64,000 bases of DNA from Gammaproteobacteria bacterium (GTDB lineage: Bacteria > Pseudomonadota > Gammaproteobacteria > G965277405), in contig OZ255726.1 in the NCBI GenBank assembly GCA_965277405.1, positions 64,001 through 128,000 on the forward strand, given 5' to 3'. This document shows, one piece after another, positions 57,952 through 64,000 of this stretch; positions within the stretch are counted from its first letter, which is position 1; each line of letters begins with the position of its first letter. The notes under the pieces were generated by a model. That model made no database searches. It was given only the letters and a program-made list of their open reading frames with translations, and was not told the origin of the DNA. Position numbers and translations under genes: made by a program.

Positions 57952-60042
57952 TTACTTAGCTAATGAGTCAACAATGTGTTTAGGTGCAATCGCGTATTTC
58001 AAAAACTCCATCGAATAGATTGCTCTGCCTTGTGACATTGAACGTAGCTCTGTTGCATAGCCAAACATTTCTCCCAACGGAACTTCTGCACGAACGATAC
58101 GCCCAGCTGGTGATTCATCCATCCCTTGCAAAATACCGCGGCGGCGGTTCAAATCTCCCATAACATCACCCATGTAGTCTTCAGGACTGACAACTTCAAC
58201 TTGCATCATTGGCTCGAGTAAGGCGGGATCAGCCTTGAGCGCGCCAGATTTAAGCGCCATCGACCCTGCCACTTTAAATGCCATTTCGTTGGAGTCGACA
58301 TCATGAAACGAACCATCGTATAATGTGCATTTCACCCCAATCAACGGATACCCTGCCAGCACACCATTTTTCATTTGGTCTTTGACTCCTTTCTCAACCG
58401 CAGGGATGTATTCACGCGGAATAGTACCACCGACAATGGCGTTGACAAATTCAAACTCTTCTTCACTATCTGCTGGCAATGGTTCTAACTTTAACCAAAC
58501 ATGGCCGTATTGCCCGCGACCACCAGATTGCTTGATGTACTTCCCTTCAATCTCAACAGTGCGACGAATCGCTTCTCGGTAGGCAACCTGTGGTTGACCA
58601 ACATTAGCTGCTACGGCGAATTCACGCCGCATCCGGTCAACAATAATATCCAAATGCAATTCACCCATACCAGAAATAATCGTCTGACCGCTTTCTTCGT
58701 CAGTGCGCACTCTAAACGATGGGTCCTCTTGGGCTAACTTGCCAAGCGCAACCCCCATTTTTGCTTGGTCTGCTTTTGATTTTGGTTCTACTGCAACGGC
58801 AATAACGGGTTCAGGAAACTCCATGCGCTCGAGCGTAATTACAGCGTTGATAGCGCATAGGGTATCGCCTGTGGCTACGTCTTTCAGTCCAATTGCCGCT
58901 GCTATATCGCCAGCGCGCACTTCTTTAATATCCTCACGGGAGTTGGCGTGCATTTGCACCATTCTGCCTACTCGCTCTTTGCGAGCCTTGATAGGATTGT
59001 ACAGCGCAGTGCCGCTGGCAAGCACTCCTGAGTAAACGCGGAAGAACGCCAACGTACCAACAAATGGATCGGTGGCAATTTTAAAGGCAAGCGCTGCAAA
59101 TGGCTCGTCATCATCAGCCAGGCGTTGCGCAGATTCGCCATTTGCTAATTCGCCTTTAATGGCTGCCACTTCATTTGGTGCAGGTAAATAATCAATCACT
59201 GCATCTAACATTGCTTGCACGCCTTTGTTTTTAAACGCTGATCCACATAAAGCTGGGACAATCTCATTCGCTATTGTGCGCGCACGCAGTCCGGCACGAA
59301 TATCTGCATCGCATAAATCTTCGTTCTGAATGTATTTGTTCATCAGATCTTCATTGGCTTCAGCCGCAGCTTCTACCATTTTTGCACGATATGTCTGACA
59401 CTGCCCTAGCATATCGGCTGGGATTTCGCCATACTCAAATGTCATGCCTTGGTCATCTTCATTCCATAATATTGATTTCATCAACACCAAGTCAACAACA
59501 CCTTTAAACGTTTCCTCAGCCCCGATGCTGATTTGAATAGGAATAGGTGTTGCACCCAGACGTTGTTCAATTTGCTCAACAACACGGATAAAGTCGGCGC
59601 CAGCGCGATCCATCTTGTTGACAAAAACAATGCGCGGAACCCCATATTTATTTGCTTGACGCCATACGGTTTCAGATTGAGGTTCAACTCCTGATGTTGC
59701 ACAAAACACCACCACTGATCCATCGAGCACACGCAACGAACGCTCAACTTCAATGGTGAAATCAACGTGGCCTGGAGTGTCGATAATATTGACACGGTGC
59801 TTTGGATACTGCTGGTTCATGCCTGACCAAAAGCAGGTTGTTGCAGCAGATGTAATAGTAATGCCGCGTTCTTGCTCCTGCGCCATCCAATCCATGGTTG
59901 CTGCGCCATCATGCACTTCACCAATTTTATGGGATAGGCCAGTATAGTATAAAACCCGTTCGGTTGTGGTGGTTTTTCCTGCGTCAACGTGCGCTGTAAT
60001 ACCGATATTTCGGTACAGGTTTAATGGAGTTGTACGTGCCAT
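57952..60042 (-). CDS. fusA: Elongation factor G
   Basis: [42 protein letters not shown]. Confidence 0.99.
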   Translation of the reverse strand: MARTTPLNLYRNIGITAHVDAGKTTTTERVLYYTGLSHKIGEVHDGAATMDWMAQEQERGITITSAATTCFWSGMNQQYPKHRVNIIDTPGHVDFTIEVERSLRVLDGSVVVFCATSGVEPQSETVWRQANKYGVPRIVFVNKMDRAGADFIRVVEQIEQRLGATPIPIQISIGAEETFKGVVDLVLMKSILWNEDDQGMTFEYGEIPADMLGQCQTYRAKMVEAAAEANEDLMNKYIQNEDLCDADIRAGLRARTIANEIVPALCGSAFKNKGVQAMLDAVIDYLPAPNEVAAIKGELANGESAQRLADDDEPFAALAFKIATDPFVGTLAFFRVYSGVLASGTALYNPIKARKERVGRMVQMHANSREDIKEVRAGDIAAAIGLKDVATGDTLCAINAVITLERMEFPEPVIAVAVEPKSKADQAKMGVALGKLAQEDPSFRVRTDEESGQTIISGMGELHLDIIVDRMRREFAVAANVGQPQVAYREAIRRTVEIEGKYIKQSGGRGQYGHVWLKLEPLPADSEEEFEFVNAIVGGTIPREYIPAVEKGVKDQMKNGVLAGYPLIGVKCTLYDGSFHDVDSNEMAFKVAGSMALKSGALKADPALLEPMMQVEVVSPEDYMGDVMGDLNRRRGILQGMDESPAGRIVRAEVPLGEMFGYATELRSMSQGRAIYSMEFLKYAIAPKHIVDSLAK

Positions 60043-60111
60043 GTCGCTTGATAAAGAATAAAATTAAAAGAAGTATGGGGGCTATATTTTAAATGAAGTA
60101 ATGTCGCCGCT

Positions 60112-60585
60112 TTAGAATCGATAATGTGAAAATGCACGGTTTGCTTCAGCCATACGATATACTTCACCGCGCTTCCGTACTGCACCACCACGATCTTCGA
60201 GTACGTCTAACAACTCACGGCCTAAGCGTTCATGCATTGTTTTTTCGTTGCGGCTGCGCGCCGCAGTTATTAACCATCGCATCGCCAGTGTTTCTTGGCG
60301 GACTGGTCGCACTTCAACTGGGACAGGATACGTTGCACCACCAACGCGGCGAGACTTCACCTCGACAGTTGGTCTTAATTTTTCAATAGCCTGACCAAAA
60401 GATGCTAATGGCTCAGTTGTTTTGCTCACATCGCTAATTAAATCAAGCGCTTTGTACACTATTTTTTCCGCGATTGATTTTTTCCCATCGACCATTATTT
60501 GGTTGATGAACTTAGCTAATTGCTGATCTTTAAATTTTGGATCAGGTAGAATTTGACGCTTTGGTGCACGATTTCGTCGTGACAT
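60112..60585 (-). CDS. rpsG: 30S ribosomal protein S7
   Basis: [33 protein letters not shown]. Confidence 0.99.
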   Translation of the reverse strand: MSRRNRAPKRQILPDPKFKDQQLAKFINQIMVDGKKSIAEKIVYKALDLISDVSKTTEPLASFGQAIEKLRPTVEVKSRRVGGATYPVPVEVRPVRQETLAMRWLITAARSRNEKTMHERLGRELLDVLEDRGGAVRKRGEVYRMAEANRAFSHYRF

Positions 60586-60661
60586 AATAGCTCCTTCAGG
60601 TTATTTCAAGATTTGCTTGACCTTACTCGCGAGAATTCGCGGGGCTTGGTAAAGTTGTGAT
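60586..60661 (-). promoter_or_regulatory. Probable S7 autoregulatory RNA element (rpsL-rpsG spacer)
   Basis: Position matches the known str operator. Contains a CGCGAATTCTCGCG hairpin, GTAAGG and CCTGAAG blocks and the GGAG RBS. Confidence 0.45.
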
Positions 60662-61033
60662 TTATTTAGGTCGTTTCGTCCCGTACTTAGAACGACCTTG
60701 CTGGCGACCCTTCACCCCAGCGGTGTCACGTGAGCCGCGAACATTGTGATAGCGAACGCCAGGTAAATCTTTCACCCGCCCTCCCCGAATAAGCACCACA
60801 GAATGCTCCTGCAAGTTGTGACCCTCGCCGCCAATGTATGAAGTAACCTCATACCCTGTCGTTAAACGGACACGGCAGACTTTGCGCAGTGCTGAATTAG
60901 GCTTTTTGGGTGTAGTCGTATACACGCGTGTACATACACCGCGCCGTTGCGGGCAGTTTTGTAACGCAGGCACATCAGTTTTTTTTCGTTTTATCTTACG
61001 AGGATTGCGTACGAGTTGGTTTACAGTTGCCAT
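60662..61033 (-). CDS. rpsL: 30S ribosomal protein S12
   Basis: [31 protein letters not shown]. Confidence 0.99.
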   Translation of the reverse strand: MATVNQLVRNPRKIKRKKTDVPALQNCPQRRGVCTRVYTTTPKKPNSALRKVCRVRLTTGYEVTSYIGGEGHNLQEHSVVLIRGGRVKDLPGVRYHNVRGSRDTAGVKGRQQGRSKYGTKRPK

Positions 61034-61073
61034 AAATTAAATATATAAATCGAAAGGAATCAAGCGGTGCGGC

Positions 61074-61102
61074 ATATTACGCACCCACCCAGATGATGTC
61101 AA
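61074..61102 (-). promoter_or_regulatory. Sigma-70 promoter of the str operon
   Basis: TTGACA-17 bp-TAATAT followed by GC-rich discriminator GCCGCACCGC. Confidence 0.8.
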
Positions 61103-61174
61103 CACTCTTTACCGCAGGAAGTTCTAATCAAGCTAAGAAACCTAAGGAACCTCTGATATTGATAAAAATTATTA

Positions 61175-61966
61175 TCAATTTACCAATGCTCTACGCCGCC
61201 GTATTTCATATATAATGGCTAAAACAACCGTAATCAATATCAACACCAGCCCAAGCGCATTTACAGCAGGGGTTAGCCCCGTGCGCACCTTAGAGGCAAT
61301 ATACACAGTCAATGTTGTGTCGTAGCCTTTGACAAATAAGGTGGTGTTGTAGTTTTCAAAAGACTGGAGGAATGCTATTACCGCTGCTGAGAGTATTGCA
61401 GGTTTTAGATAGGGTAACAGAATGCGCCGAAATACTTGCCACTGGGTTGCTCCTAAACTTAACGCCGCATTTTCTAAGGTACGGTCAAAGCGTTGTAGCC
61501 GTGCTAACACCATCATCATCACATATGCAGCTATAAAAGTTGTTTGCGCAATAACGGTTAAAAATACGCCACCACTGACTGAAATTCGTTGCCAAAAAAC
61601 CAGCGTAGATATACCGATAATCACACCAGGTGTCAGCAGTGGCGACATCATCAATGCATATAAAAAGGTTTTTCCCTTGCCGTGGAATGTGGAAATTAAC
61701 AAGGCGCAGCATACTCCAATCGGCACAGCAACTATCAAAACACCTGCGGCAACAAGCAAACTGGTCCAGAGCGCTCGCCACATGGCTCCATCTTGCGCTA
61801 ACGCATCAAACCACTTTAAAGTAGCACCTTTCCATGGAGAGATTGTTGGAAAACGGCTGTCGTTAAATGTCGCGATGCCCATAATGAGTAATGGGGTAAA
61901 TAAATACAAAAAGAAAAAACCAATATACAGGCGGACAGCGCAGCGCCAAACGGCTGTCGCTTTCAT
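61175..61966 (-). CDS. Polyamine-type ABC permease, PotC-like (second system)
   Basis: FLYLFTPL, LENAALSLGA, FLQSFENYNTT, TPAVNAL. Confidence 0.9.
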   Translation of the reverse strand: MKATAVWRCAVRLYIGFFFLYLFTPLLIMGIATFNDSRFPTISPWKGATLKWFDALAQDGAMWRALWTSLLVAAGVLIVAVPIGVCCALLISTFHGKGKTFLYALMMSPLLTPGVIIGISTLVFWQRISVSGGVFLTVIAQTTFIAAYVMMMVLARLQRFDRTLENAALSLGATQWQVFRRILLPYLKPAILSAAVIAFLQSFENYNTTLFVKGYDTTLTVYIASKVRTGLTPAVNALGLVLILITVVLAIIYEIRRRRALVN

Positions 61967-62856
61967 TTTGCAATATCCCCCAAGCCAACTTTAAATACCC
62001 GCATAATCAACGCAATACAACCCATGCACAACACTAACAATAAGAACGCATACGCAGCGCCTTGGTTCCAGTTGCCGCCTTCAAAAAACCAATTATAAAT
62101 AATTTGGGTAAACCAGCGGCTCCTTGGTGAGCCAAGTAACGCCGGCACTGCATAGCTGCCAGCTGCCAACATAAATGTCATAATGCACCCACTAGCAATC
62201 CCAGGCTTAGCATGTGGAATAATCACTCGATAATGGGTGCGAATCCAACCCGCGCCAAGATTGCGCGCAGCCTTGACTTGATTGCTATCGAGATTTTCAA
62301 TCGCGTTATAGATTGGGAATACCATAAATAAAATATAGGCGTAGACCATGCCAATTATCACCCCTGTATCGCCAGATAAAAAACGCACAGGTTTATCAAT
62401 CACCCCAAGCCCAAGCAACATGGCGTTTAATGGACCTTTATACGATAAAATAATATACCACGAGAACGTACGCAGGATTTCATTCAGCCAAAACGGGATA
62501 ATCAGTAATAGTAGGCACAAAGCTGTTTGTTTTGGTGTGGCGACTTTTGCCAAATAAAACGCAAGCGGATAACTAACAATCAGGGTGCAAACAGTTACCA
62601 GCACACTCGACCAAATAGTTTTAAAAAAAATAGATAAATGGATGTCGTTATTAAACAATGTTTGATAATTCACCACAGAGTACACATCTTTAGCTCCGCC
62701 GATATCCACTGGCAATAAATTTGGTCGCAACGAATAATCAATCATCAGCAATTGCGGTAATATCACCATGCCGAGCAACCAAATTGCAATTAGTCCAATA
62801 ATGACAACCGCAAGCCCACTGCCGAAGCGTGTTTTAAGTTGGCTAAACATTCTCAA
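61963..62856 (-). CDS. Polyamine-type ABC permease, PotB-like (second system)
   Basis: IIPFWLNEILRTF, YAYILFMVFPIY, VKAARNLGA. Confidence 0.9.
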   Translation of the reverse strand: MRMFSQLKTRFGSGLAVVIIGLIAIWLLGMVILPQLLMIDYSLRPNLLPVDIGGAKDVYSVVNYQTLFNNDIHLSIFFKTIWSSVLVTVCTLIVSYPLAFYLAKVATPKQTALCLLLLIIPFWLNEILRTFSWYIILSYKGPLNAMLLGLGVIDKPVRFLSGDTGVIIGMVYAYILFMVFPIYNAIENLDSNQVKAARNLGAGWIRTHYRVIIPHAKPGIASGCIMTFMLAAGSYAVPALLGSPRSRWFTQIIYNWFFEGGNWNQGAAYAFLLLVLCMGCIALIMRVFKVGLGDIAK

Positions 62857-63923
62857 CTGCTGCCAATGATGACGGCATCTTGCCGGTTATAGCACAAGCG
62901 CACTGGAGCGCCAGCTGTGAGCTTTTCAGAATATTGATGGGCACGAAGTTGCATTGATAACGTTTGCTGTGTTGCTGTTTGTGCATTCAATGTCAAATAC
63001 GCGCCTTCAAAACTCACCTCACTAATGACTGCTTTAAGTACATGGGTAGCAGGTTCCTCCAAACGAAAATGTTCAGGGCGAATAAACAGCGTTGCTGGCC
63101 TACCAACTTGTAAATCCTGTTGCTGGCGACCTGATAAGATACCTAAATCGGCGCAATCTATGCTGGCATACTCGGAGTTGACATGGATTACGCTGCCGTG
63201 GATTGTGTTAGTCTCGCCAACAAATGAAGCGACAAATGTTGTTTGTGGGTCACGATATAAGGTGATTGGGTCGGCTACTTGCTCAATTTTTCCGACTGAC
63301 ATGACCGCAACTCGGTCAGACATGGTTAATGCTTCACCTTGATCATGCGTTATATAAATAAAAGTAATACCAGTTTTACGCTGGATCTGTTTCAGCTCCA
63401 TGCGCATATGCTGGCGCAACTTTAAATCTAATGATGACAGTGGTTCATCAAGCAACAATACCCTGGGTTCGACTGCCAAAGCGCGGGCAATAGCAATGCG
63501 CTGTTTTTGTCCACCTGATAACTCTGATATTTTCTTGGTACCACTGCCTGGCAATGCAACAAGCTCAAGTAAACGTGCTGATGCTTGGCTACGTTTAGCT
63601 TTGGCAATGCCCCGCACCTCCAAACCAAACTCTATATTTTCGGCAACCGTCATCAATGGGAAAAGCGCAAGATTTTGGAAGATCATTGCAGTTGGTCGCT
63701 TATTGGAAGGAACACCAGCCATGCTTTGATTGCCGATTTTTATATCACCTTGGCTTGGTTCGATAAAACCACTAATCATGTTAAGGATTGTCGTTTTACC
63801 ACAGCCAGAAGGACCAAGAAAAGTAAAAAACTCTCCAGAATGTATTTGCAAATCTAATTGTTGAATAGCGGTAAAATCACCAAATTGCATGGCGATGTCG
63901 TGTAATTGCACGCTGCTATCCAT
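62853..63923 (-). CDS. Polyamine-type ABC ATP-binding protein, PotA-like (second system)
   Basis: GPSGCGKTT, LSGGQKQR, LLDEPLSSLD. Start MDSSVQL at 63923; the upstream extension reads through a TIR. Confidence 0.92.
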   Translation of the reverse strand: MDSSVQLHDIAMQFGDFTAIQQLDLQIHSGEFFTFLGPSGCGKTTILNMISGFIEPSQGDIKIGNQSMAGVPSNKRPTAMIFQNLALFPLMTVAENIEFGLEVRGIAKAKRSQASARLLELVALPGSGTKKISELSGGQKQRIAIARALAVEPRVLLLDEPLSSLDLKLRQHMRMELKQIQRKTGITFIYITHDQGEALTMSDRVAVMSVGKIEQVADPITLYRDPQTTFVASFVGETNTIHGSVIHVNSEYASIDCADLGILSGRQQQDLQVGRPATLFIRPEHFRLEEPATHVLKAVISEVSFEGAYLTLNAQTATQQTLSMQLRAHQYSEKLTAGAPVRLCYNRQDAVIIGSS

Positions 63924-63938
63924 GCGCGGAGCACTCGA

Positions 63939-63953
63939 GGAAGCTCTGATTAA
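63939..63953 (+). repeat. Solo IS5/MITE terminal repeat
   Basis: Exact GGAAGCTCTGATTAA, 15 bp upstream of the ATPase start. Confidence 0.8.
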
Positions 63954-64000
63954 ATCCATAGCGGTTGGCATTTTGCAATAATTAGAAATTGCAAAACAAC

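Noticed and set aside
60662-61033. Streptomycin-resistance allele of rpsL
   Set aside because: Both key lysines (PKKPNS, RVKDLP) are wild type.

Overview
Chromosomal window of a gammaproteobacterium with divergent proteins and scrambled gene order; a host-associated or symbiont lifestyle is inferred, not shown. Housekeeping genes (argC, rsxE, trkA/trkH, lolA, msrB, pntAB, pepP, prlC, parE, trmL, class I fumarase, uppP, guaA, purB, serA, fusA-rpsG-rpsL) are mixed with transporters (peptide ABC, two polyamine-type ABC sets, TRAP dctPQM, two MFS). One IS5-family system pervades the window: one intact IS, two dead copies, seven ~270-295 bp MITEs, one deleted MITE and about a dozen end remnants. 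All share the terminal repeat GGAAGCTCTGATTAA, and they sit at many gene-order breaks. The main candidates for novelty are four. (1) An AT-rich locus after guaA reconstructs to a single-chain m5C methyltransferase::HpaII-family endonuclease fusion, broken by an IS1595 and a 1-nt frameshift. (2) A Fur-boxed locus encodes a hemophilin-like protein and a TonB receptor with a ~200-aa AT-rich insert, next to a tyrosine recombinase whose ATG lies in a MITE. (3) An apparently catalytically dead SuhB homolog is retained. (4) serB-serA-purB occupy the tuf position of the str operon. No tRNA, rRNA or CRISPR array was recognised. All family assignments come from motif recognition by eye, with no database search.
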